A stretch of DNA of 58,777 nt from Patescibacteria group bacterium. GTDB lineage: Bacteria > Patescibacteriota > Kazan-3B-28 > UBA10110. The position numbers and the translations under genes were made by a program. Below, piece after piece: positions 9,730 to 19,392 of this stretch (the stretch's first letter is position 1; the number at the start of each line of letters is the position of its first letter). The notes below the pieces were generated by a model. The model was not told the DNA's origin, searched no databases, and worked only from the letters and a program-made list of their open reading frames with translations. The stretch is taken from contig JAFGPN010000003.1 of assembly GCA_016936175.1 (NCBI GenBank), positions 1-58,777 on the forward strand, in the 5' to 3' direction.

Positions 9730-9933
9730 CGATTCTGGACCTCTCGATAAGCTCGAGACATGGCAAGCCAGAATGACGGCGAAACTAGATTCCTGCCTGC
9801 GCAGGAATAACGGGGAAAGGGCCTGGATTCCGGATCAGGTCGGGAATGACAATTCAACAAAAAGAAAAAGACCCCGAAGGTTCAGGGTCAATTCCAAATG
9901 ATATTGTAGGATCCTGGACGAAGCCAGGATGAC
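9730..9933. repeat. Cluster of four GTCAT-family REP palindromes
   Basis: GATTCTGG..CCAGAATGAC, GATTCC..GGAATGAC, GATCCTGG..CCAGGATGAC. Confidence 0.8.
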
Positions 9934-9955
9934 GCCGCACGGTAAATGGCGTCAA

Positions 9956-10420
9956 TTAGTGGACTTCTAGGATAGTGTACTGTCTTGCCCCGTCGGGTGT
10001 AGCAATATCAACCTTGTCGCCCTTTTTCTGCCCCATCAGAGCCCGACCAATCGGTGACTCATTACTAATCTTGCCTTCCGCCGGATTAGACTCATTCGAG
10101 CCGGTAACGATAAATTCTTTGGTCTGGCCATCTATCTCCACTTTTACGGTGGACCCTAAGGCTACCCGACCATTGACCCGATTATTGTCATCAATCACTT
10201 TAGCTACCTTCAACATCGACTCGATTTCGACAATGCGACCCTCGATAAAAGATTGCTTGGTCTTAGCCTCTTGATACTCAGCGTTTTCGGAAAGATCGCC
10301 AAACTCCCGCGCTTCTTTGATTTTAGCGGTAATCTCTTTTCGCTCCTCTAATAATTCGGAGAGCTCAGTCTTTAATTCCTCTAAACCGGCTCGCGATATG
10401 TACAAATCCTGTTGTGTCAT
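9956..10420 (-). CDS. greA: Transcription elongation factor GreA
   Basis: GDLSENAEY, ISNESPIGRALMG. Confidence 0.97.
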   Translation of the reverse strand: MTQQDLYISRAGLEELKTELSELLEERKEITAKIKEAREFGDLSENAEYQEAKTKQSFIEGRIVEIESMLKVAKVIDDNNRVNGRVALGSTVKVEIDGQTKEFIVTGSNESNPAEGKISNESPIGRALMGQKKGDKVDIATPDGARQYTILEVH

Positions 10421-10510
10421 AGGTGATATTTAACAATAAACAAACCCGCCCCCTTATAGATAATGTATATATTTAAGCGAAGAGGAGCATATCTGTCAAT
10501 AGGATAAAAA

Positions 10511-11359
10511 TTAGCTCCTAGAGCTTAAAATCTTGGCCGCCTGGACGACATTATTAATCAAGGCACTCACGGTCAGCGGACCAACACCACCCGGCACTGG
10601 CGTAATGTGGCTGGCCCGCTTAGCAGCATCAGCAAAATTAACATCCCCCACCCAGTGTTTACCCAGCTTATTGATGCCAGCATCAATCACTACCGCACCC
10701 TTTTTTATCATCTTCCCCTTAATCAAATGAGGTACTCCGGCAGCAGTAATTAAAATATCCGCCAATACAGTTTTGTTCTTAAGGTTTTTGGTCGATTCGT
10801 TTAGAATGGTAACACTCGACTTTAAATTAGCTAGCAAGATACTTATCGGCATACCCGCCACTTTACCAAAGCCCACCACCGTTACATCTTTGCCTTTTAA
10901 GGTAATGTGATATTTTTCGATTAACTGCCAGATGCCTAAAGCCGTAGCCGGAATAAATCGAGGCTGACCTAGCTCCAATAAACCAAGGTTTTCTGCCGTT
11001 AAACCATCTACATCCTTAAGCGGGTGGATTGCGTTAATTAACTTTACTGCATCAAATTTTTTGGGTACCGGTAACTGAACGATAATTCCGTGAACTTTTT
11101 TATTACGATTAAAGGCGGCCACAGCCCGTAATATCTCTGCCTCGCTTACTCTGCCCGGGAAATCCTTTAGCCAAAAATTAATTCCTAACTTGTGGCATAG
11201 TTGGCGTTTTTTCTCGACGTAGATACGCGAATCCGGCGTAGCTCCTACCATAATTATTGCTAAACCCGGCGTAATTTTTTTACGCCGCAACTTAGCTACT
11301 TCAAGCTTTAGTTCGGCATGTTGTTCGGTAGCTAATTTTTTTCCATCCAGTAAAATCAT
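10511..11359 (-). CDS. folD: Methylenetetrahydrofolate dehydrogenase/cyclohydrolase
   Basis: GIIVQLP, KDVDG, TPVPGGVGPLTV. Confidence 0.96.
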   Translation of the reverse strand: MILLDGKKLATEQHAELKLEVAKLRRKKITPGLAIIMVGATPDSRIYVEKKRQLCHKLGINFWLKDFPGRVSEAEILRAVAAFNRNKKVHGIIVQLPVPKKFDAVKLINAIHPLKDVDGLTAENLGLLELGQPRFIPATALGIWQLIEKYHITLKGKDVTVVGFGKVAGMPISILLANLKSSVTILNESTKNLKNKTVLADILITAAGVPHLIKGKMIKKGAVVIDAGINKLGKHWVGDVNFADAAKRASHITPVPGGVGPLTVSALINNVVQAAKILSSRS

Positions 11360-11366
11360 GGGGGAA

Positions 11367-11470
11367 TTTCTAATATCTAGTTTCTAATGCCTAAATAATG
11401 TCCAATCCCCAGTGTCTAAATTCTCGGGATTTAATTAAAAATTAGCAATTAGACATTAGGCATTATTGGG
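11367..11470. repeat. Inverted arrays of 7-mer repeats (TTTCTAA/TATCTAA ... TTAGACA/TTAGGCA)
   Basis: Same architecture at 14890-14927, 23808-23905 and 24655-24762. Confidence 0.75.
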
Positions 11471-11473
11471 AGG

Positions 11474-12553
11474 TCAGATCCATTTGAGAATATCCTTGTA
11501 GGTAACAGCCAAAATGAGCAACATTAGTAACGCAAATCCGATAGTATGTACAACCCCTTCGACTCGTTGTGAGATTTTTTTGCCACCCCTAACCACTTCT
11601 AAACCAATAAACAGTAGCCGACCACCGTCTAAGCCAGGGAAGGGAACTAAATTAAGAATGCCCAGGTTAATCGACAGAAAGATAACAAACTGCAACATTC
11701 GTAAAGCGCCTAACTGTACCAAATCTGCAGTAATGCGAGCGATTCCTACCGGACCCGCCAACTCGGGAGGGATGCTGGCAGTGGTAAACAACTTATAGAT
11801 TAGGCCGACTACCGCCATCACCACTACCAAAATTATCCGCCAGGTCTCTTGCAGGGCAATCCAGGGTACCTGCCACCAGACATACCTCACCTGTTGAATC
11901 GCCCGATCGATCCAAGCCCCTATCACTACCCCGTCGGGTGTAACCGTAGGTTCGACCGATACTGCAATCTGTTCGTTCGCCCGTTCTATCTGTAGTTCAA
12001 CGGTGTTACCAGATTTGTCGGCCAGTAAAGATTTAAACTCAGCTGGGCTGTTGGCCGTCACCCCATCAACCGACAAGATGTAATCTCCTGGTTGAAGTTG
12101 GGCGGCTTGAGCCGGAGATTTGTCCGCCACCTGTAGCACCATTACCTTGCCCTGCACCTGAGTATCGGGAGCATAATCCTCCACAGGACCAATCATCGGT
12201 GGCATCGATAACCAAAACCCAACCATTAAAAGTACCCAAGCTAGCGCGAAGTTCATTAGTATTCCACCGCCCATCACCCAAAACCGCGCTCCAGGGCTTT
12301 TACTAATTAAAGAATGTTTGCCAGCTTTTTCATTTGCGCTCTCACCATAAAGTCGAACAAATCCGCCAAACGGAATCCAGTTAATCGAATAAATGGTGCC
12401 GTTTTTCTTAATCCCCCAAATTCGAGGCGGCATACCAAATCCGAATTCTTCCACCCTAACACCACTGCGTTTAGCAAAATAAAAGTGACCCAGTTCGTGT
12501 ACTAAGATAACTAAAGTAAAAACAACAATAAACGCAATAATGGCTACAAACAT
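11474..12553 (-). CDS. rseP: RIP metalloprotease RseP with PDZ domain
   Basis: HELGH, NLVPFPGLDGG. Confidence 0.95.
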   Translation of the reverse strand: MFVAIIAFIVVFTLVILVHELGHFYFAKRSGVRVEEFGFGMPPRIWGIKKNGTIYSINWIPFGGFVRLYGESANEKAGKHSLISKSPGARFWVMGGGILMNFALAWVLLMVGFWLSMPPMIGPVEDYAPDTQVQGKVMVLQVADKSPAQAAQLQPGDYILSVDGVTANSPAEFKSLLADKSGNTVELQIERANEQIAVSVEPTVTPDGVVIGAWIDRAIQQVRYVWWQVPWIALQETWRIILVVVMAVVGLIYKLFTTASIPPELAGPVGIARITADLVQLGALRMLQFVIFLSINLGILNLVPFPGLDGGRLLFIGLEVVRGGKKISQRVEGVVHTIGFALLMLLILAVTYKDILKWI

Positions 12554-13624
12554 TTAGCTAACCCGGTTAACAATAAAATCTATCCATTGGCCAAACAGTT
12601 GTTTAGCTCGCGAATCAGATAGGCACTCAAGCGCCGCCCGAGCTTTGTCAGCATATTTATTTGCCAGCGCCTCGGCGTAATCGATTGAACCTAACTCTTT
12701 TAGTATAGTATGAATCTTCATCACCTCTGTTTCTGATGCCTGTTCATTGCCCAATACGGATAATAACTGCTTTTTCTGGTCTGCGTTAGCGGTGCGATAA
12801 GCATGCGCGATTATCACGGTCTTTTTACCCTCGCAAACATCCGACCCGATTGGCTTTCCTAATTCTTTTTCATCTCCCACTACCCCCAAAATGTCATCTC
12901 TAAGCTGAAACGCTAAACCAGCGTCTAAACATATCTGTTGAATAGTTTTAACGGTGGGGTGCTCTTTATCTAGCTTATTGATCCCGATCATTGCTCCTGC
13001 CTGTCCGGCAAAACCAAAAGTAGAAGCAGTTTTTCTGGCTAACATCTCCAAGATCATCTCCTCTGTTACCATCTCAAACGACATCTTGGAATAATCTAAG
13101 TCCAAAGCCTGACCAGACATCACCCGCGGCACCCAGTAGTTGGTCATCTCGTGAATGATATAACGAAAAACCGCGGTATCAACCTTGTCGCTGAGTTCAT
13201 TTATCATACTTATCGCCCAGGCTTGCTGTAGGTCCCCCACTAACATCGCCATGCTTCTGGCATATTGTTCTAATTCGGCGCGATCTTTGATTTTGGGTTT
13301 ATTAAATTCGCGGTAGTAGGCATGCACACTCGGGCCGCCTCGACGCAAATCGTCATTATCGATCAAATCATCGTGCACCAATGTCCACGTATGCGACATC
13401 TCGATTGCTGCTGCTGCTGGAAGCGCTAACTTGGAATCGCCACCAGCCGCTTCACACGCCAACATCAAAATGGCCGGCCTAAGCATCTTACCGCCCCGAG
13501 CAGTATACAGGCTGGCTCCATCTGCTACATATTTGGGCATCAACTGTAGCCGAAACGGACTACTCAAGATGTAATCGGCAATCAACCGCGCCTTGTCTTG
13601 TAGTTCCGACTTAAGATCAACCAT
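12554..13624 (-). CDS. Trans-polyprenyl diphosphate synthase, GGPP synthase-like
   Basis: HDDLID.DDLRRG (FARM), FQLRDD (SARM), EGKKT. Confidence 0.9.
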   Translation of the reverse strand: MVDLKSELQDKARLIADYILSSPFRLQLMPKYVADGASLYTARGGKMLRPAILMLACEAAGGDSKLALPAAAAIEMSHTWTLVHDDLIDNDDLRRGGPSVHAYYREFNKPKIKDRAELEQYARSMAMLVGDLQQAWAISMINELSDKVDTAVFRYIIHEMTNYWVPRVMSGQALDLDYSKMSFEMVTEEMILEMLARKTASTFGFAGQAGAMIGINKLDKEHPTVKTIQQICLDAGLAFQLRDDILGVVGDEKELGKPIGSDVCEGKKTVIIAHAYRTANADQKKQLLSVLGNEQASETEVMKIHTILKELGSIDYAEALANKYADKARAALECLSDSRAKQLFGQWIDFIVNRVS

Positions 13625-13629
13625 AAAAA

Positions 13630-14310
13630 CTATTTACCAAAATTTCGTTTTCGTTTAGCGTACTCACGAACAGCCTTGGATAGTTCCCGTCCCCCAAAGT
13701 CCGGCCACAAGGTATCGGTAAAATAAAGTTCGCTATATACGCTCTGCCACGGCAAAAAATTACTCAGTCGCATCTGACCACCGGTACGAATAATCATATC
13801 CAAATCTGGTAGCCCGGCTGTATCGAGATGAGCGGCTAAGCTTTTCTCGTCAATGCGACCATTAGCTCTGCTAGCTTTTTGCGCCGCGCGCGCTAGCTCG
13901 TCTCGACCACCATAACTTAAGGCAATCGTTAATACATCTCGCCGATGATGTTTAAGCCGATTAACTGATTTGTCTATAATGCTCTGTAAATTTTTAGGGA
14001 AATCTTTAACCCGACCGATTACTTTCAGCTGAACTTGCTCACGATCCATCTTGTCGGCGTATTCACGGATGGTTTTGCCCAAAAGCGTTAGCATGGCATT
14101 GACCTCGGTTTTATTACGCTTCCAATTTTCGGTCGAAAAAGCGAACACTGTTACGTGATGAATCCCCAGCTTTTTACAGGCCTGGGCAGTTCGGTCCAGC
14201 GCCTTAACTCCCTCTGCATGACCCAAGCCAACCGGTAGCCCTCTCTTTTTGGCCCACCGGCGATTGCCATCCATGATAATTGCCAGATGCTTAATCTGAC
14301 TCTTAGCCAT
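13630..14310 (-). CDS. uppS: Undecaprenyl diphosphate synthase
   Basis: IMDGNRRWA, FSTENWKR, IRTGGQMRLSNFL. Confidence 0.96.
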   Translation of the reverse strand: MAKSQIKHLAIIMDGNRRWAKKRGLPVGLGHAEGVKALDRTAQACKKLGIHHVTVFAFSTENWKRNKTEVNAMLTLLGKTIREYADKMDREQVQLKVIGRVKDFPKNLQSIIDKSVNRLKHHRRDVLTIALSYGGRDELARAAQKASRANGRIDEKSLAAHLDTAGLPDLDMIIRTGGQMRLSNFLPWQSVYSELYFTDTLWPDFGGRELSKAVREYAKRKRNFGK

Positions 14311-14318
14311 AGTATTAA

Positions 14319-14873
14319 TTAAATCGATTTGAGATCGGTAGCCTTCCGCTCTAGCAATCCGTCAATCTCGGCGATGCCGTTATCGATCAGTTGCTGATAT
14401 TCTTTTTTAAATCGTTCCTGATCATCCTCGCCGACGTTACCGCTCTTGGCTTCCTGCTCCATACGGTCGATTGCATCACGGCGAGCACTTCTAATACTTA
14501 CTCGGGCCTCTTCGGCTAATTTATGGGCTATCTTAACTAGCTCGTTGCGCCGCTCGTCAGAGAGCGGTGGCACGCTAACTCGCACTCGATCGCCCTCGTT
14601 GGTTACCCCTAAACCTAGACCGGATTCGCTGATGGCCTTCTCGATCGCTGCCACATTGGCTTTATCCCACGGTTGAATTAGCAACTGTCTGGGATCCGGA
14701 ACCGTTACTCCAGCTACCTGATTAAGCGGCATCCGTTGGCCATAAACATCGACCACAACCTTATCCAGTAAAGAAACTGATGCGCCGCCGCTCCTTATGC
14801 AAACGAACTCCCCAGTTAGATGAGTAAGAACTCCTGCGATTTTACTATTTAACTCTCGCTTAACATCCTCCAT
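14319..14873 (-). CDS. frr: Ribosome recycling factor
   Basis: PDPRQLLIQPWD, PPLSDERR. Confidence 0.96.
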   Translation of the reverse strand: MEDVKRELNSKIAGVLTHLTGEFVCIRSGGASVSLLDKVVVDVYGQRMPLNQVAGVTVPDPRQLLIQPWDKANVAAIEKAISESGLGLGVTNEGDRVRVSVPPLSDERRNELVKIAHKLAEEARVSIRSARRDAIDRMEQEAKSGNVGEDDQERFKKEYQQLIDNGIAEIDGLLERKATDLKSI

Positions 14874-14930
14874 TATTTACTCCCGTGGTTTACTAATTTC
14901 TTATTAGAAATTCGTCATTAGACATTTTGT

Positions 14931-15521
14931 TTATCTATCCCCCACTTCAAAGCGCGCGAAGCGCGCCACTTTAATATTTTCTTTTACCACTCCTACCACA
15001 TCGTTGATTAAATCTTCTACTTTTTTATCCTGATCTAAAACAAACGGTTGGCGCAACAAACAAACCGATTCGTAGAAGCCCTCTAATTTCCCTTCGATGG
15101 CTTTGCTGGCCACATCTTTGGCTTTACCAGATACTTGTGATTTATATAGCTCTTTCTCGGCCGCAATCACATCTGCTGGGACATCTTCTGGCGCAACATA
15201 CAGAGGCTGCATCCCAGCAACGTGAGTGGCAATCTGTTTAACTAACTTTTTAAAATCATCGCCCCTGGCAACAAAATCTGTTTCGCAATTGACCTCTACC
15301 ATCGCGCCAATCTTATCACCGGGATGAATGTAGGTGGCGATTAACCCCTGTGAGGTAGCCCGCTCTGATTTACTGGCAGCAATCGCGGCCCCTTTCTCTT
15401 TTAGAATAGCCAGGGCCTTGTCCGCATCACCCTTGGCTTCGGCTAATGCTTTTTTAACATCCATCATTCCTGCCCCGGTCAGATCACGTAACTTTTTGAC
15501 ATCGCTTGCTTGTATCTCCAT
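14931..15521 (-). CDS. tsf: Elongation factor Ts, short form
   Basis: LRDLTGAGMMDVKKAL, EVNCETDFVA. Confidence 0.96.
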   Translation of the reverse strand: MEIQASDVKKLRDLTGAGMMDVKKALAEAKGDADKALAILKEKGAAIAASKSERATSQGLIATYIHPGDKIGAMVEVNCETDFVARGDDFKKLVKQIATHVAGMQPLYVAPEDVPADVIAAEKELYKSQVSGKAKDVASKAIEGKLEGFYESVCLLRQPFVLDQDKKVEDLINDVVGVVKENIKVARFARFEVGDR

Positions 15522-15525
15522 GGCT

Positions 15526-16383
15526 TTATACCTTCCGTTTAGTAGTAGCTCTTTTTTCTCGTTTATCGGCCTCTAACTTGTCCTCCTCTTGCTTGGCCTC
15601 GGCTAACTGCACCTCTTTTTGCTCCAACACTTCGGCAATAGCCTCGCTATCTAGCACCTGCTCCTCTGGTTCTGCAGTTGCCGGTTTAGATTTAACTGCT
15701 CCTCCTGGACGCTTGCCTCCCAAGGTATCCGCCACGGCCTGAGTTATCATCCGAATGCCCTGTTTAGCATCATCGTTAGCTGGAATCACAAATTCAATTC
15801 CCTTAGGGTTAGCGTTAGTATCAACCATAGCGATTACCGGGATGCCCAGACACAACGCCTCTTTTAGAGCAATCTTTTCTCTTAATACATCAACAATAAA
15901 CAAGGCATCTGGCAGAGCGGTAAGATTGTCTACCCCTCCAAACGACTCCTCAAGCTTGGCCAACTCTTTTTCCAGCAACCCGATCTCTTTTTTGGTCATA
16001 TCGCCAAAATCTTGGGTGGCAAATTTTTCTCGTAATTGTTTGAGGTAGTTAATTCTATTTTTCATGGTAGAAAAATTCGTCAACAGACCACCCGGCCACC
16101 GAGTAGCTACGTGGGGCAATCCAGCTGTTTTGGCCACCTCAGCAACAATATCGCTTGCTTGACGCTTGGTCCCAACAAACAAAATTGTTCCATCTTGTTT
16201 AGCCAATTTGGCCACAAAATCCAGTGCTACCTTCAGCCGCTGTTCGGTCTGCACCAGATCAATAATATGGATGCCGTCTCTGGCATCAAAAATATAGGGC
16301 TTCATATCGGGGTGCCAACGAAAAGTCTGGTGCCCAAAGTGTAGCCCCGCCTCTAACATCTCTTCTACCGATAGTTTTCCCAT
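15526..16383 (-). CDS. rpsB: 30S ribosomal protein S2
   Basis: AGLHFGH, FVGTKRQA, RWPGGLLTN, DTNANP, PANDD. Confidence 0.98.
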   Translation of the reverse strand: MGKLSVEEMLEAGLHFGHQTFRWHPDMKPYIFDARDGIHIIDLVQTEQRLKVALDFVAKLAKQDGTILFVGTKRQASDIVAEVAKTAGLPHVATRWPGGLLTNFSTMKNRINYLKQLREKFATQDFGDMTKKEIGLLEKELAKLEESFGGVDNLTALPDALFIVDVLREKIALKEALCLGIPVIAMVDTNANPKGIEFVIPANDDAKQGIRMITQAVADTLGGKRPGGAVKSKPATAEPEEQVLDSEAIAEVLEQKEVQLAEAKQEEDKLEADKREKRATTKRKV

Positions 16384-16488
16384 GCCTAATTCTCCTTAAT
16401 TACTTCCGGCCGGATCCCCTCGGATACAGATCCCGGTAAACCGGGACAGGATGCATCCGATCCCCGAACCGTGCTTATTACTCCTAAA

Positions 16489-16517
16489 AGATTAACCGAA
16501 CTTTAGCCATCAGTCAA
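16489..16517 (-). promoter_or_regulatory. rpsB promoter
   Basis: TTGACT-17-TAATCT on the minus strand. Confidence 0.6.
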
Positions 16518-16653
16518 GTTTAGTGTGGTGGGCGATACCCTCCTACATTCAATCTCATCGCAAATAGGTCATCAGCCTCTTGCGATATAGATTTCACTAC
16601 GAGCGGGCAGGCTGGATTCGACTCTGCTGTCCAGCAGAAGACTTTCGGACTTG

Positions 16654-16777
16654 CCCCGTTAGATTTCACTGGTGGTCGCAACAGGACTCGAACCTGTGAC
16701 CTTTCGGATGTGAACCGAACGCTCTAACCAACTGAGCTATGCGACCCCTTTGTCGCGACCTCGGAAATTTAACGGGG
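16654..16777. mobile_element. 124-bp inverted-repeat cassette containing tRNA-Val
   Basis: CCCCGTTAGATTTC (16654-16667) versus GAAATTTAACGGGG (16764-16777), 13/14 match. Confidence 0.55.
16670..16746 (-). tRNA. tRNA-Val(CAC)
   Basis: Full cloverleaf GGTCGCA...TGCGACC-ACCA; anticodon loop TTCACAT; GGTTCGAGTCC. Confidence 0.95.
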
Positions 16778-16893
16778 TGAATGAACCAAACGCTCTAACC
16801 AATCCCGAAGGGACCCCGTTGGGGCTGAGGTAATCGCCCTCGGCTAAATTATACACGAATACTTCCACCCAGCTCACTGATCAGGGCGGCTTG

Positions 16894-16955
16894 CCCCGTA
16901 GTGAAACCGCCGTTGATTTTTTAACCAAAAAAATCCGGCGTTTCTACTACCGGGG
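16894..16955. repeat. Long imperfect palindrome with CCCCGTAG...CTACCGGGG ends
   Basis: Nested inverted segments. Confidence 0.6.
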
Positions 16956-16975
16956 TTTTAATTTATAATGAGTTC

Positions 16976-17593
16976 ATGCACGCTCAACCAGATTCTGCCA
17001 CTCGTTCCCGAAAACCACGCAATATAGTCTTAGTGGTTTTTGTCAGTATCGTCATCTTTATCTATGACGTGTTTAAAACCGTCACGACCGTATTGGGCGT
17101 GGCGTTTTTAATTCGTTTTTTCTTAATTCAGCCGTTCTATGTCAGCGGTCAGTCTATGGATCCCACCTTTGAAGACAATCAGTATATCATCGTTGATCAG
17201 GTATCATACCGCTTCCATCAGCCTAATCGGGGAGATGTAGTAGTGTTCCGCTACCCCAAAAACCCGGCTTTTACCTTTATCAAGCGAATAGTCGGATTAC
17301 CGGGTGAAACCGTGCTGGTTCACAACGGAGAGGTAAGTGTCTTTAATAAGCAGTACCCAGACGGTACTAAGCTAACCGAACCTTACATCCCCTATCAGAC
17401 CAGCGGCGAGGTCCGAATCCAGCTTAAAAAAGACGAGTTCTTTGTGTTGGGTGATAATCGGCCTAACAGCTCTGATTCACGAAGCTGGGGAGTCTTAGAT
17501 CGCAGTTTTGTTATCGGCAAGGTTTGGGTAGTGCTATATCCGTTCGACCAGTTTAAAACCGTTCAAACACCGTCTTACGGCAAAGGCCTCTAG
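16976..17593 (+). CDS. lepB: Signal peptidase I
   Basis: GQSMDPT, FIKRIVGLPGE, GDNRPNSSDSR. Confidence 0.96.
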   Translation: MHAQPDSATRSRKPRNIVLVVFVSIVIFIYDVFKTVTTVLGVAFLIRFFLIQPFYVSGQSMDPTFEDNQYIIVDQVSYRFHQPNRGDVVVFRYPKNPAFTFIKRIVGLPGETVLVHNGEVSVFNKQYPDGTKLTEPYIPYQTSGEVRIQLKKDEFFVLGDNRPNSSDSRSWGVLDRSFVIGKVWVVLYPFDQFKTVQTPSYGKGL

Positions 17594-17727
17594 AGGACAC
17601 TGCCCTGAGCGAGCGTGGCATTCCCATCACCCTGTCATCCTGGAGACACTTTACTGCCGTAGGCTCTATAGATAGCTCATTCAGGATCCAGGCCGTGAGG
17701 CCGTTTTGTTTTTACCAATATCCTTTC

Positions 17728-18020
17728 GCTACCATTTTGCTCGCCCAAAACGGTAGCACCAAAAGGGCGGCCCGACTACACCAAGCTATCCGTAATGTAA
17801 AATATGGCTTACCGCTAATGGGTCGAACTCCCCAGCACTTAACTTAAGTGCTGGGTCAAACAACGATCCCGCGACGCCGATTTTACAAACGGCTCACGCT
17901 TGGCTCCGTAAGGGCATAAAAGTACGTTCCTCCTCCGATGGCGTAAATAAAAAACAGGCCGCTCGAGCCAATGGCGGAAAAACCACACGGCACAGGGGAT
18001 GCTTCTCCTCCAATGGTGAG
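17728..18020 (+). repeat. ~250-bp structured repeat, copy D (opposite strand)
   Basis: Reverse complement contains GCCATCGGAGGAG, GAGCCAAGCGTGAGCC and GATCGTTGTTTGA-hairpin-GAGTTCGA, as in copy A. Confidence 0.65.
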
Positions 18021-18235
18021 AAAAACAATAATCACCCTTTACAAGCCAAGGAAACCAGAGGTACAATTACCACTCGGATCAGACCTTGAAAAAATATTAG
18101 CGGTTCTGATATAGACCGGTTCTGGACTACCAGAACACGAATAAGCCCAGGGTAATGTAACCTGCGCTCCTGCTGCTCGTCCCAGTTAGAGACGAAAAAT
18201 TCTTGCGGCCAATCTGAGCCAAAGGAGACTGCATT

Positions 18236-18937
18236 GTGGGTCAAAATGTAATAAATGAGGTCACTGTGGGCGAGCTTAATGCCTTAGTCCGCGCTGTTGG
18301 TGGCGTCGACAACCTGGAGGGCATTCTCAACGGTTCTAAGCAAGTAACCGTGAATGATATCCCACTTTTCACGAAAATAGGAACTGCCACCATTACCCCA
18401 ACCAATTCTGGTGATGCAGTGAGACTGTTATCGGGGAAGCTCTTTGTGCAGTTTGCAAATAGCTGTATCACGCAGATGAACATGCACGAATTCCTCCTGG
18501 AGGAGTTTAAGCATCGAAAGTCTGCGCCGATTCCCAAGATGATACTGAGTTACACCAATCTCCAACGTAAGCCTGTGCGCAAAGAGTTCAGTTACAGATC
18601 CTTCAGAGGTTCCGAGTCTCTCCCCGACAGCTTTGTCTTTGAGAGTGGAACGCTCTTTTCTCTCCTCTTCGATATGCTGTCTCTCCAGATAAACGGCGAG
18701 AAGGGTCATCTGATTACTAATGGTGGGGGAAATGTCTTCTATGCCGGGCATCGGGAAAACGTAACTGACGCACTGTATCCTCTGAGCGTATGTTTGGTCT
18801 GGCATGCAGAACCACATATCCCCTGGTACATGTGGATAGATCCCCACTTCAATAACCCTGGTGAGAGGTACCTGCAACCAGGAAATCGCATCTTCATCCC
18901 TGGTGACCATTCCGTCTTCACAGGAACCAAGCGGTAG
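18236..18937 (+). CDS. Hypothetical protein
   Basis: 233-aa ORF with AAGGAG SD, an upstream promoter-like TTGAAA-18-TATAGA and a downstream terminator. Confidence 0.7.
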   Translation: MGQNVINEVTVGELNALVRAVGGVDNLEGILNGSKQVTVNDIPLFTKIGTATITPTNSGDAVRLLSGKLFVQFANSCITQMNMHEFLLEEFKHRKSAPIPKMILSYTNLQRKPVRKEFSYRSFRGSESLPDSFVFESGTLFSLLFDMLSLQINGEKGHLITNGGGNVFYAGHRENVTDALYPLSVCLVWHAEPHIPWYMWIDPHFNNPGERYLQPGNRIFIPGDHSVFTGTKR

Positions 18938-18963
18938 CTCTCCACATTCCCATCGAACCAGAG

Positions 18964-18994
18964 CCCCCGGCTATACCACCGGGGGATTTTTATT
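18964..18994 (+). terminator. Intrinsic terminator
   Basis: CCCCCGG-8 nt-CCGGGGG followed by ATTTTTATT. Confidence 0.7.
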
Positions 18995-19313
18995 AGGCGG
19001 AGATTTTGGCTATCTTGACGCGAAGTACTTGCTGACGATGGCCAGTCTTTTTTCGATAGTTCTTACGGCGACGCATTTTAAATACCACCACCTTATCAGT
19101 TTTATGCTCATCGATTACATCCGCTTCCACCTTAGCCCCCTTTAATAGCGGATCACCAACTTTAATGCCCTTGCCGTCATCCTCGGTTAGCAGCAATACT
19201 TCGTCGAATACAACTTTATTGGATTTGGTAGGAGTCTTTTCGATATCCAAAACGTCTCCCTCGGCAACCAGATACTGTTTTCCCCCGGTTTTTATCACTG
19301 CTCTCATCGTCAT
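18993..19313 (-). CDS. rplU: 50S ribosomal protein L21
   Basis: AVIKTGGKQYLV, KKTGHRQ. Confidence 0.97.
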   Translation of the reverse strand: MTMRAVIKTGGKQYLVAEGDVLDIEKTPTKSNKVVFDEVLLLTEDDGKGIKVGDPLLKGAKVEADVIDEHKTDKVVVFKMRRRKNYRKKTGHRQQVLRVKIAKISA

Positions 19314-19392
19314 CTGATTATCTATTACAAAGGCGAGTATATATGGAAACGCCCCGACTGGTCAACCCCACGTCATCCAAACCAGAGCGATT

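Larger units (their letters stand above)
16526..16839 (-). pseudogene. Disrupted tRNA (acceptor GGGCGAT/ATCGCCC-ACCA) enclosing tRNA-Val(CAC)
   Basis: 5' half at 16778-16839 with an insertion in the D-loop; matching 3' acceptor arm plus ACCA at 16526-16536; TATAAT at 16848-16853. Confidence 0.55.

Noticed and set aside
16526-16839. tmRNA interpretation of the long tRNA-like unit
   Set aside because: The acceptor GGGCGAT lacks the Ala G3-U70 identity, there is no tag ORF, and it contains a complete tRNA.
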